This document shows positions 12,085-24,143 of a DNA stretch of 64,000 bases, piece after piece. The DNA lies in the NCBI GenBank assembly GCA_012295275.1, contig CM022668.1, positions 4,030,001 through 4,094,000 on the forward strand, given 5' to 3'. The notes below the pieces were generated by a model. It was not told the DNA's origin. It worked only from the letters and a program-made list of their open reading frames with translations, and searched no databases. The translations under genes and the position numbers were made by a program. Numbering within the stretch: the first letter of the stretch is position 1; each line of letters begins with the position of its first letter. This stretch comes from Chrysomallon squamiferum. Lineage: Eukaryota; Animalia; Mollusca.

Positions 12085-13375
12085 TTCAGTTTAGCTTGAT
12101 CAAATAGCAAAGGTATCCAAATACTGCTTTGGGGTTATCCTGTCGGTCGTTAGGTGATCTATGAGACGGACAAAGCGCTCATCCAGTTCCGTGTAGATCC
12201 GTCTTCCCCTCGGTTGACGTGAACGTTTCTTGCACAGTCTGTAGTCTCGACTTTCTTTATGTGTGTGACGAACTCAAACAGGTTGCGATGGGCTTTTCGG
12301 ATCCGTTGCTTCAACTTGTTATAGAACCCTTTAAGATTGTCCTTGGTGCTCTGGTTCCAGAGTGCTAACTGAAATCTGGCGTCGTCGTCAACCCATGTGT
12401 GGGTGATGTAGTCGTTGAACTGCGCTAGCCTTGGAAGTCGGAACTGTTGTTCGGGACATCCAATCAGACGTCCTGTGCTTGGTTGAATGGGAATAGTGAC
12501 CAGGCAGAGGCTCTACGAACATGGCGCTGGGTTCGTCCTAACCTCGACTGCAAAGCCTTTCTCTGCGACATTCCTCCACACCGCTTGTGAGAAATAAAAA
12601 GAAAACATCCTCTGATGTCGACTTCTGGGTGCATCTCCTGAGCGGCTTGGATAGCGGTCACCTTACAGTCCGTCTGTATTACACGCGTTGTGGTTTCAGC
12701 TCCAATTCTAGTGAGCGCAGCTGCGTTTATCAATGTGAACAACCTAAAACATGTCTGCTGGGACTTCCGTGGAAGTAATAGGTGTGCAACAGGACACATG
12801 ACGTCATCGACGATGCAGTGGATAGAATAGATCTGACACCACAAACTCAGACAAGCATAAAAGGTTCCGTCCATGAAAAGCGTCTCAGGCTCCTGCATTT
12901 CATCCGTAGCGCAGTCAAGAATCGTTTCTTCTTCACCATCGTCCACACACATTAAACTCCGCCAGTCAAGATCCCTTCCAGGCTCACATCTTGTCGTGTC
13001 TGTGGGTTGAGAGATAGAACTTTCTCCGGTGGCGATAAAGACCAGACTTGACGCTTGAAAAGGATGGAATATGGGCAATGTCCGCTGGTGTCATTGCAGA
13101 AATCTGCTGGACAGGTGTCGCATCTTCCAATACGTGGTTTTTCAGTAGACTCGAAAGACGCCACTGAACTTCTGACTACGGTGAATGGTTGCGTTCTATC
13201 ACCGCATGGAGGTGATTGCCAGCGGTACTGCAACGACTCTTGCATCCACTCTGCACACATTTCTATATCTGCTACCTGACAATGAACACTGAGATGATAC
13301 CGATGACTCTCATGCAAAACTTGCTATTCCCCAGCCTGGCATGTGACATACTCCACTCCTTGAACGGCTGCCATA
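12085..13375 (-). mobile_element. Decayed Mutator-like (MULE) transposase with N-terminal FLYWCH-like zinc finger
   Basis: Minus-strand fragments: CVQSGCKSRCSTAGNHLHAVIERNHSP (FLYWCH-like); LFMDGTFY...QIYSIH...PVAHLLLPRKS...QTDCKVTA...IRGCF (MULE DDE core); WNQSTKDNLKGFYNKLKQRIRKAHRNLFEF (TNNxxEGWH...HPNxF-like). Multiple stops and frameshifts. Confidence 0.88.
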
Positions 13376-13749
13376 ATGTAAATTGTGCATTCCCACAGTC
13401 TAAGAATTTTATACCAACTATGTATCTCACTGGTAACAATAACCCAGTAATAAATCACTGCATCAAACTAATTTTATATTATGTTAGGAGAAGGTGTACA
13501 AAGAAGACAACAGTCACGACATGAGGATCATCATGGAGGGATGTTGTTAGAACAATCAAGGGACGCAGAATGTACACTCTCTCAAAAAAGAAGAACGGCT
13601 ACCTATCAAAGAGAGCAGCCAGTCAAGTGAAGGAGAAGCAATGTTGTGAGAAGATGGCTAAGTAAGATAAAAAATGAAACAAAAGGTAATAAGCTTAATT
13701 AAGAAACTCGAGAAGTCATGTAATGTGTAATATAAATTTTCATTTCATT

Positions 13750-13848
13750 ACCAGCCACGGTTCGTAGGGGTTCGAATCCCGGTAAAGGTCCCAACTCAGA
13801 GCTGAGGTGTGTGTCCAGCACAGCGTACTTAAACCTTAGTTAGATAAT
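13750..13848 (+). mobile_element. tRNA-derived SINE fragment
   Basis: Pol III box B GGTTCGAATCCC at ~13769-13780 with no complete cloverleaf. The downstream AGCTGAGGTGTGTGTCCAGCACAGCGTACTTAAACCTTA resembles a gastropod SINE 3' region as I recall it (unverified). Confidence 0.55.
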
Positions 13849-14107
13849 TTCATTCTAAGAGAGGACCATTGCACTATACTGAATAGGTGCATTTTAACGT
13901 CCCTGTCTGCCTCTAGACCCAGTGTAGGCACAATGGGATGCACCAGTGGAAGCAACCATTCAACTAATTCATTACAGAAAAGAGCCAGTACCACTGTGTA
14001 CCCTTTAGAGGGATGACCTTTTTGCACTTTGCTTTAAGTTGGTCTAATTGACATGGTTAACATCACTTGCTGTTTTCATTTATTTATATAAAATCTTCTT
14101 GTCAGTA

Positions 14108-14147
<40 letters not shown>

Positions 14148-14154
14148 TGTGTAA

Positions 14155-14185
<31 letters not shown>

Positions 14186-14972
14186 CAGTGGTATCTTCAC
14201 TTACGAGTTTAATTCGTTCCGTGACCAAGCTCGTAACTCAATTTGCTCGTATTTCAAGTCGATTTTCCCCAAATGAAATTAATTGAAATAATATTAATCC
14301 GTTCCTGCCCCCGAAAACCACCCCAATTTTTTGTAATGTCTTTTTAAATAAGAAAAATGTATGTATAAATGACAAATATTTTATAAAAAAATAAAATGAA
14401 AGAGAATGTAAAGAAATAAATTGGTTTTGTAAAGTGTACAGGGTTGGGGTTTCTCCATCTTTTCATGGATAGAGGTTCCCAGCTTGGAAATTATTTTAAC
14501 GCCTTTGGCTGGAGTTGTAGCCTTTGTTGACTCCTTCTGAGTCAGTATGGTACATATCGTAACAGTGCTACGCTAGAACTGCCTAGCCACGTTGACTACA
14601 CGCACAGCTCGCTCATGTTTTTCTGTGATTTTATGCTTTAATTCAGTGAATATCATCCGCTTCTTCTTCTCAGCACTGTTCTTTGCACTCACTTTCTTAG
14701 GATCCATGGAAATTTGGCAAAATACTGGACAGAACGCGAGCACAACACAACAGAGATGCTTCCACGGCAAGGTAACCACATGAAGCTAACGTGTGAGACA
14801 TGGGATGCTGGGTGGATGTTGTGTTGTTCATTGCGTCAACTAGCAGCAGCGTATCTGAAGCTCGCTCGTAACTCGGATTTTGGCTCACAACTCAAAGCAA
14901 AATATCGACCGGGAGACTGCTCGTAACTCGGAAAACTCGTAGCTGGAGCACTCGTAAGTCGAGGTACAACTG
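14186..14972 (-). mobile_element. Internally deleted Tigger (pogo-family) DNA transposon with both TIRs
   Basis: Left TIR TA|CAGTGGTATCTTCACTTACGAGT versus reverse complement of right end CAGTTGTACCTCGACTTACGAGT. Repeated subterminal CTCGTA(A) motifs. Minus strand 14707-14446 encodes a CENP-B-type N-terminus: MDPKKVSAKNSAEKKKRMIFTELKHKITEKHERAVRVVNVARQF*RSTVTICTILTQKESTKATTPAKGVKIISKLGTSIHEKMEK. The DDD catalytic domain is absent. Inserted in a (TA)n tract. Confidence 0.92.
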
Positions 14973-15493
14973 CGTGTATATGTGTGTGTGTGTGTGTCTT
15001 TTTGCGAATGTGGTGCGTGTGTATTTTGTTTTTCTGTTTATTGTCGTTAACTGTCAGCAACTTTAGTTTCAAGAATTTTAATTTCTGTAAATTCATGGTC
15101 TTTATTTCCTGATGCTAAATTAGAAAAATTACTTTATATGCCTTTTCCGTCATATTTAAAATCTTGAATTTCAAAAACTTCTGTTCTAATTTTTTCTGTT
15201 TTTATTTGTTTTCTTTTAGTTTCTTTATACTTCTTCTTCTTCTTCTTCTTCTTCTTATTATTATTATTATTACTATTTACAACAGAAATTTCATATGTGT
15301 GGGCTAAAATGATTACTGATTTTCTGACTATTAAGTGACTTTAGTGCGAAAATATTTATTTATTATTATTATTTTTTTTTTTTAACGAATGTTTTAGGTT
15401 TGTCTAGTCTGTTTTTAAAAATAGTAATTGCCTGACCTACATTCTTAATGAGATTACCCGAATGTATGGACTAATTCTATGTAATCATTGTAC

Positions 15494-15548
15494 CGATTGG
15501 TCACGTGACGTCATGCAAGTCCGGATGTGTGACCCAATAACGTCAGGT
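15494..15548. promoter_or_regulatory. Candidate promoter/enhancer motif cluster (CCAAT + E-box + CRE + ETS-like + CCAAT)
   Basis: ATTGG 15496-15500, GTCACGTGAC 15500-15509, TGACGTCA 15506-15513, CCGGATGT 15521-15528 and CCAAT 15534-15538, all within 45 bp. Confidence 0.45.
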
Positions 15549-15716
15549 AATATAGTGAGTAGGCGTCGTTCTACTCACTTAATTATTGCTTTGCGGACTA
15601 GAATTTCATTAGTAGAGAAATCGATTTTTTTTTTTTTTATCTCTGCTTATTTCATTTTTGTAAGCTTGTAAAATTATATATAAGGGCATAAATAATAGCA
15701 ACGATATACACTGACA

Positions 15717-15790
<74 letters not shown>

Positions 15791-15887
15791 GTGTCTTCAC
15801 AAACATTTTTGTCTTCCCCAAAACCATACAAACAAAATTAACACCCCATATAACACACATATATACATACATACACATACACACACG

Positions 15888-15987
<100 letters not shown>

Positions 15988-16329
15988 TTAAACAGATGTT
16001 TAACAATCAAACTATTTTGAGTTTATAGAAAAGCTCTCCTCCGCCCTGTGTCGACTCAAGCAGGAAGCTGATTTGTTCTTCCGTTTTGGACCTGTCTACA
16101 AAGAATTATATAATTCTGCCTTTCAGGTTTCATAGTCACGTGACAAAGTCATATTGTTAAACAATGACAGATTTGTACACTACCAGAACCAGAGTATTTT
16201 TTAGTTAATGTTATTAGCACAGAGTATGTTGTTCCAGCAGTAGTAAAAACAAATTTGGCTTCTTCCATTTCTTTATTTATAACGTCTTAATGTATGTAAT
16301 ATATACAATAGGTTTAAAAAACCTCGAAA

Positions 16330-16364
<35 letters not shown>

Positions 16365-17333
16365 AGAAAATAGCCTTCATTACATTATAGTGATATGAGA
16401 CTTCTAAGTATATCTTTATATTTTATATTTCATCTCGTTATTAAATATGTTTAACGTAGGTCACACCTCTCCCCCAACAAGAAATTCCCAACAAACAACC
16501 AACCATTTTGGAAATATGGATATACCCATCCTATGAACCCAAATTATAATGATTAAACATATCAAGAATAGCACTATTTTTATCACAAATGAACGATGTA
16601 GCCGGCCTGATAGCGATTTACATCAGACTAACTTGATGACGTAATACAGACATCAGGTCAGCGAACTTAGATATAAGTAACATCTTAGATTTATTGACGA
16701 GTAAGTAAACACAGCAAGAAACACGGAGGTTAGTTTGAAGTAAACAGTGATAAGGAGGTTAAAAGCCACGCTGTTAACAATGGTTATACTGGTTGTATCG
16801 CCACTGTAAAACCTGCATCCCAGCAAACACGTTTTGAAGAATATTGATTAATCTTTCTAACACTGGTAACAGATATTAAACATTAGAGAATTATTATATT
16901 ATTATTTCTTATACGGCAAAAAACTTCAGACAAAATCAGTTATATTTTCGAATAATAGAACAAAATCGGTTATGTGCACAAACAGCATAAAACGCTCTTT
17001 GATACAGTTACAGCCATTGCCTGGAACAGGAAAAAACGTGCCACAATGAAACCTGATCTAGCGGTCACCTGTGTTAGCGGGACAATTATGTTTACATAGT
17101 TTCATTATCCATCTGATATAATAATGTAAACTTATTTTAATCAAAAATCCATCTTTTTAAGATACACTCAGATGGTTTCTTATCTATATCATTGATGTTT
17201 CGTAAAAATATGCATGGATACATATTTACGATAAATATAATACACAGAGATCAGGCACAGTTCTATTTCTTCAGTATGTGGTATTCCCGCTGAAATAATA
17301 ATGATAATGATGATGATGATGATAATGATGATG

Positions 17334-17390
<57 letters not shown>

Positions 17391-17659
17391 TACATTTGAC
17401 TAAATGTAAAAACAAACAAAAATAAACAGTCTTCAGAAAGAAAAGAAAACAGAATTATAATTTAAAATTTTATTTTATTTTAAACTGAGCGAACACAAAC
17501 AAGTAACAAACTATTGTTGAGCAGTGAAATTAGAATGACGTCACTGTATAACGATGTATTAAAAACAAATTTACATTATAGACACATGCAACATCTACAT
17601 TTTCTATAAACATACAACCATTAACACACTGTATAGCGCGGAGGACAGACATGATTTTG

Positions 17660-18000
17660 TCGAGTTAATAATAATAATAAAAATAATAATAGTAATACTA
17701 CTAATAATAGTAATAATAGTTATAGTAATAGTAATAATAGTAATAGCAATAGTAGTAATAATAATAACAATAATAATGATAATAATATTAACAACAATAT
17801 TAATTATAATAATAATAGTAATAAAAGTAGTAGTTGTAGTAATAATAGCAGTAGTAGTAGTAGTAATAATAATAGTAGTAGTACTAGTAATATTAATAGC
17901 AATAATATAACAATAATAGTAGTAATAATAATAATAATAGTAGTAGTAGTAATAGTAGTTGTTGTAGCAGTAATAGTAGTAATTGTAGTAGCAGTAGTAC
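17660..18000. repeat. Compound (AAT/AGT)n trinucleotide low-complexity tract
   Basis: Continuous taa/tag/gta triplet repeats; explains the 132-aa and 78-aa low-complexity ORFs. Confidence 0.9.
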
Positions 18001-18793
18001 AATGTTCACCATAATATTGCCGTTTGATAGAAGTCAACAATAAATTAGAAAATTACCGACGTAAGTGATGTTAACAGACTATGGAAAGGTTAATTATTTA
18101 CTGACAGATACTGATAAAACAGACGTCAGACTGGCTAGGAAATTAGATAACAAAGCTACAAAAAGGCTAGCACACGAAACATCGTAGACATGGCAAGTTT
18201 TCAGAAATAACACACTGAACACAAACTGTTATCACCGAGAAAAGCGCAAAGAGAGCGGCAGGTTTGAATCTAAAGAACAAACACATTTGTTAGCAGTAGA
18301 AGACACTTCAACAGAATACTGTTAATCAGAGGAAATAGTTTAATATCACAGAACTTTTGCCGTAACTGACGTACGGAAAATTTACACACAGACAGGATAA
18401 ATGTCTTTGCCATTTAGATACAAGAAAAATATAAAATTTTAGTTTATTTGCCATTTAAATGAGCAATAAAAACAGTTGTTTGGTTTTGCCATTTAAACTA
18501 GTAACAATAAAAATAAATTCCTACCATTGTTTGAACGGAACACATCAAATGTAAAGCTGTAGAATTATGCTGACGTTTCTCTCCGATAATTTTGTTACAC
18601 AATACACTACGTAATGCACTACCATAGTAACACCCTGCAAACTGCGCACAAGGTTTGTGTACACGAACGAAAGTTTTATCATAAAAATAAAAAAAATTAT
18701 ATGGAACCAGATAGAGAAAAAAAAAGGCGTCATCTGAATTTTGGCAAGACCTTTATTTATTTATTTATTTATTTTTAAATATTTTAAGAAATC

Positions 18794-18849
<56 letters not shown>

Positions 18850-21138
18850 GGAAAAACAAAATAAAAAAGGGGGAAAGAAAGGATAAAGTAAAAAGACTAT
18901 GCACGCGACATTAACTGATTACACATACAACATATTATTACATATATTTATATATATATTTAACACTGTCACCAGGATTAACTTTACAACACAAAAGAGG
19001 CAAACAATGGCGAAACTCATCTTTGGAATAAAGGCAAATCCTTGTATTTCAAGGAACAACAGACGTTAAACATTACTTGATACGCTGGACAGATGTGGCA
19101 GTGAGACACGTAACTAGGTTACTGACACAAAAAGTATTATTTGAGGTAGTTTTATTGTAAATAATATTTAGTACATCTCGTTTCTGCCATTTTTCTTTTT
19201 TCACACTATTCTTTTCCAGCGTTTATATACAATTATAATCTTACTCATTAAATTAGGGATTAAATAGAATATTTTCTGTACTGAGTTATTTAAATATTCA
19301 TATTTCTTTTGATACCACTGCCATCTCCAGAGCCTGTATGCAAAGATGCGTAGCTAATGAGAAAAAATTCTGACCTAAAGTGATTATTTCTTGAATTTTC
19401 TTTAAAAAAATATTTTTTTACGTGCATAGAAAAAATAATTATATATCAGAAACCTACTGTTAACTCTCAAAACTATTCTGAAAGCTGAGTTATATTTCTC
19501 GTTAATGTGAAATATTAGAGTAGAAATGTGAATATTGCCCACAGTCACTCAGCAGCCGCAGTCACGAAACAGCTTTTTGTACCACATTTTTATTTCTTAA
19601 ATCTAGCAAGTCAAGAAGAACATTTCTCCAAATAAATAAACAGAAAAAGAAAATTAAACATAATAATAATAATAATAAAAAAAGATTTTCAGAAAACGCA
19701 TTTGGCAGTGACATATTGGGGAAAAAACCAGTTGGAACTAGTTTGAAATTACTTAAAATGAATTTAAAAGTAAAAGTTCAAAATGGTTTCCATGTCTCAT
19801 TATAATTTTAAGGCTTAAATGGCCGACGACATACTGCTTTAAAGAAAAAACAAAACAAAAGCAAACAAAAAAAAAAAAAAAAACAGAAGAAAATAAATAA
19901 AATAAAATAAAAAATAAAAAATAATAAAAACGTTAGCTTTAAAAAATAATAAACAATCTGTATAAATGAAAGTTTATATAAATGGTTATTAAGTAATGAA
20001 GAATGGTAAATCAGTGGGTTTATTCTAACACGTGTATCACTGATTTGTTCATTGTTGGTTACAGGGTAAGTAACATTTCATATAAGAGAGTGACCTATGT
20101 ACAGAATCCCATCATTTTATATCTGTAAATACACAATGAAACCTATTTTTCTTGAACTTCATAACCTTCTAGAGATTTTCATAAATGTATTTTGATACGA
20201 TATCACACCTATGTTTAAACTATTTTTACAATTATATATAAAGTTTTATAAAGATATTATGTGGATTTCTGTGCGTGGCTATATTGTCTCGAGTGTAACA
20301 ACAAATGATCAAAGCTGTTAGCGAAACCTCTCAGTGCCTGGAGTAAGCATTCGTTTTCACAACTTGACAGTACGAGCAGTGAATAGTGAACATACTGTGA
20401 CAGGTTCATTTCTCTAGACAAGACATTTTTTTGGCGGAGAATTCTCCCCCCCGAAAATAAACAGTAATTAAAAAACGCTGTGTACAAACACATTTCTATA
20501 AGACAAAAATGGTGATTTTTTAAAATCAAAAACCGAACGTGTATTTATTCTTCCCTCTCTTTATATGCCAAAATAAATAAATAAATGTAACATGCGAGTT
20601 ATTACACGTTTTTATTCAAAATAGTTCTTTCATTATATTCTGAATCTGCTTTCAGAAATTAATTAACAGTTTTCTTTAACGTATCTGATAGGTATTTTTG
20701 CTGTTATATGATCCTAAAACTTGGTTCAGCATTCCTAAATTAATATGAAAGTCGTCATCTTCAATGTAGGGTTATTCTTTCAGATAACAAAACAAATTTC
20801 TTTACATGGGCTATCAGGACAGTTTAAAGAAGCCTCCGACTGAGGTAATGAAGTGGCTAAAAACGTACTGACTACTTGGTGACAACGTGAATGAATAAAG
20901 ATCTGTAATAAGACACTTGGATAATAATCATGGTCTTGCATACAGCTTAAAGGCACAGAAACATTAGCATATTACAGTGACACGATAAAGTTTAGTAAGA
21001 AACAGTGCTCAGGGTTTGCAGAAAGATTTGTTTTCGCTAGAGTTTACAGCACCATCTACTGATACGTCATTGAGTAATTACAAATGTGGAAAACAACTAG
21101 ACTTTAATGTTGTCTATATAATCCGCCATTTTGTAGTC

Positions 21139-21189
<51 letters not shown>

Positions 21190-21207
21190 CATTAACATCA
21201 TCTCTCG

Positions 21208-21246
<39 letters not shown>

Positions 21247-22184
21247 TATTTGATTCAGTTTCATGTACTGGTAAAGTCTAGGCTATGACGTCTTGTCTAC
21301 AGCAGTATTAATCATTTCTCCATGTCACCGACCTTCTATCAGTTTTTATAATCAACATTTTCATATTGCAGTTTCTATAAATTTTATAAACTACTTTCAA
21401 TCATCATTAATATCTAATATTATTGAAACTGCAATAATTATTATTATTAAAATATAAATAATAAAAAAAAAAAAAATAAACCCAACTTACTTATGAGCAA
21501 AACTTGAAGTATATTTTTAAGTGTAAATATAAGCCCTCTTATTTTCCTCAAGGTATAATATCTAATTCTTATTGTTTACTTCTCAGTACATCTTATCTTA
21601 GATAATATATCTTTTTTGGGGGGATTTTATTTCTTAAAGAAATTAATAATAATACCAAAATATAAGTAAATAAAATAATAATAATAATCGTAATAATAAT
21701 AATAATAATAACAACAACAACATTAATAACAAGAAAAAAAACCCAGTACAATGTGTACTACATATGAAAACAAATAAAAATAAATAATTAAAAAAATATT
21801 CATAACAACAATAAAAGTATAAATGCCATTTTTGAAAACTGAGTAATAATCTGTAATTAAAACTGCCTGTATACAAAAGTTCACCTATAAATCATACCTG
21901 AAATTATTGTTAAATATATATGTTACACGTGAACACCTGTACAGTACCTTGATAAGATATTTTAGAGTCAAATATCAGCAGTTAGCACAAGGTACATTGT
22001 AATGTAGCTTCCGTCAAGTGTGAGTGACCACACAAACCTGTTACACGGCAATCACGTTGCACGCTTTCATAAACTCTTTTCTTCTTTTACTCTTCTATTT
22101 TGTCACGTGCATGAAAAGAAAAGCAAAAAAAAAAAACGCCCCACATGAAACACGGTTTTCCTTCCGTCAGCACCGACGTACATT

Positions 22185-23144
22185 TCAAACGACTTCCTCC
22201 ACGTCAACTTCAACGATGGATCCGGCGGTGAGAGGCTCGTTCGAGTTCTGCGACTGGATGGGCTGTTTGGGGTTTTGCGTGTAGTACCCGGCGCAGTACG
22301 TGCAATTCACGACTTCGTCAAAACAGTCGCCGAGGTCTGTAGACAGCTTGGAATACAACACGGGTCTGATAGTCTTGTCTGCGAGAGTCAGACACAGAAG
22401 AAAATCATTCACAATGTACAGTGTATCATCGATCTCCTGCTGCTTGTAAATCACGTACAAGTTCAGTATGTTAAAGGGAAGTTCACAAACTATAAAGGCT
22501 ACAACGACAGAGGAGACCAAGCGAGAAATCTCTCTTTCTTTGCGAGAGTAGCTTTCCGAGAAGTACCTCTGACCCACGTAGTACGTGCCGGCGTACACCA
22601 GCATCACCAAGGCGAGAGGGACGAAGCAGGAAAACGTGCCAGTGAGCCACAGCTGCTCGTGGTAGCCGCCTTCCACCCAGAAACAGCCCGTGTCAAACTT
22701 TCCGTACATCTGAATGACCGGAACCGTGGCGAGCGGCGCGATCACCCACAGCACACAGCTGCACACGAAGGCGTGTCTGCCCGTAGGGGCGCGGTAGCCG
22801 CGGTTTGTCAGCATGATCCCTCTTAGAACAGCGAGGATGACGAGGTGGTATGGGCCGACGTACGACGTCGAATCAATGATATAACGACTTGCCTTGCACC
22901 ACGCCACGTTGATGACATGTCCTTTCGAGACGAACTCGATGATGTGGTAGGGGACTGCGATGGTGAGGTGCAGCATGTCGGCAGCAGCCAGTCCGCCAGC
23001 GCACACGTAGACGTCTGTACGCAGTTTGGGATACTTGATGAGTGCTCGCAGCATCATGGAGTTGGCGAGGATTCCCACCACTCCAGTAAGACTCATCAGA
23101 ATTACCACCATCAGCGTCTCCTGGTTCGGCAGGCCAAGGTCCAT
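22185..23144 (-). CDS. Atypical class A GPCR (loosely somatostatin/galanin/allatostatin-receptor-like), 319 aa
   Basis: Seven hydrophobic segments: TM1 GILAN, TM2 LAAAD...VP, WCK at the start of TM3, TM4 W, ECL2 Cys, TM5 FVP...Y, TM6 FIVCELP, TM7 RPVLY. GC-rich codon usage against AT-rich flanks. Acceptor ttatttttcag gives an exon start at 23296. Confidence 0.92.
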   Translation of the reverse strand: MDLGLPNQETLMVVILMSLTGVVGILANSMMLRALIKYPKLRTDVYVCAGGLAAADMLHLTIAVPYHIIEFVSKGHVINVAWCKASRYIIDSTSYVGPYHLVILAVLRGIMLTNRGYRAPTGRHAFVCSCVLWVIAPLATVPVIQMYGKFDTGCFWVEGGYHEQLWLTGTFSCFVPLALVMLVYAGTYYVGQRYFSESYSRKEREISRLVSSVVVAFIVCELPFNILNLYVIYKQQEIDDTLYIVNDFLLCLTLADKTIRPVLYSKLSTDLGDCFDEVVNCTYCAGYYTQNPKQPIQSQNSNEPLTAGSIVEVDVEEVV

Positions 23145-23353
23145 GACGGGAACCTCGTCCTCGTAGATGGGGTAGTCCTCCGCCAGGGTGATGTCTTAGT
23201 CAGCTGTAACACCAAGTCGGTACTAATTTGTATGTGATGACGTCAACAGGCTGCAGTGAAGTCTCGTGACATCCCGCTCCATGCGGATAAGTGACCCTGA
23301 AAAATAACAAAAACGTTAATAAGAAATGTGTACATGCATAAATACACAGTTCT

Positions 23354-23429
<76 letters not shown>

Positions 23430-23834
23430 GTATTTGATATACTACGACTATTACACGAATCTTTAATATTTAATAACAACAACTCTTAATTATTTAGGTA
23501 AACACACACTTGAAATATAATACGAAATGATCTGTAACATGAGTTCTACTACGTATTTAAAAGGATGTCAAACTTCTCTGTCGTTTCAAGGACTGAAATA
23601 TCAAGAATTAAAATATAAATAAACAAATAAATTGATCATTTAGTACGCTTTTCTTCTACCCGTGTATTTAAAGCAAATCAGTCTTACATATGTCACACAA
23701 AGTCTGTGTGTGTGCATGCATGTTTGTGTGTGTGTGTTTATGACCGTTACATATGTTACTGATACCTATACCTGACAAACGGCACACACATACTTACTGC
23801 GACTGTGTCTGTATTGCATACATCAAAGACTTAC

Positions 23835-23966
23835 CTGCATGTAGCAGAAAGAACTAAAGACTGTTTAAAAGAGAAAATTATTTATGGAGATCGTTTCTGT
23901 CGCCTACGAGATTTCTACATTTGGAGAACGAATCAGAAACAGCAAAAATTGTCACGTTTAAAAAAC
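23835..23966 (-). other. Candidate non-coding 5' UTR exon of the 22185-23144 GPCR
   Basis: Minus-strand acceptor gtgtctgtcag|G at 23966 and consensus donor CAG|GTAAGT at 23835; 132 nt. Confidence 0.4.
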
Positions 23967-24091
23967 CTGACAGACACAGTGTGAATGTATTAACAAAGCA
24001 GTGACGTAATAGTTAGGCCTTAGTAACAACAACAACAACAATATAATGACGCTGAGGATGATGATATTAATAATAGCAATAAATAAACTAC

Positions 24092-24143
<52 letters not shown>

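Noticed and set aside
12464-13078. 204-aa ORF as a functional or domesticated transposase
   Set aside because: Flanked by frameshifts and stops, with degenerate conserved motifs; a fossil.
13755-13800. tRNA gene
   Set aside because: Only box B/T-arm-like sequence; no acceptor stem, D-arm or anticodon arm could be built.
22275-23237. Plus-strand ORFs of 183 and 130 aa
   Set aside because: Expected antisense open frames opposite a GC3-rich CDS; no domain features.
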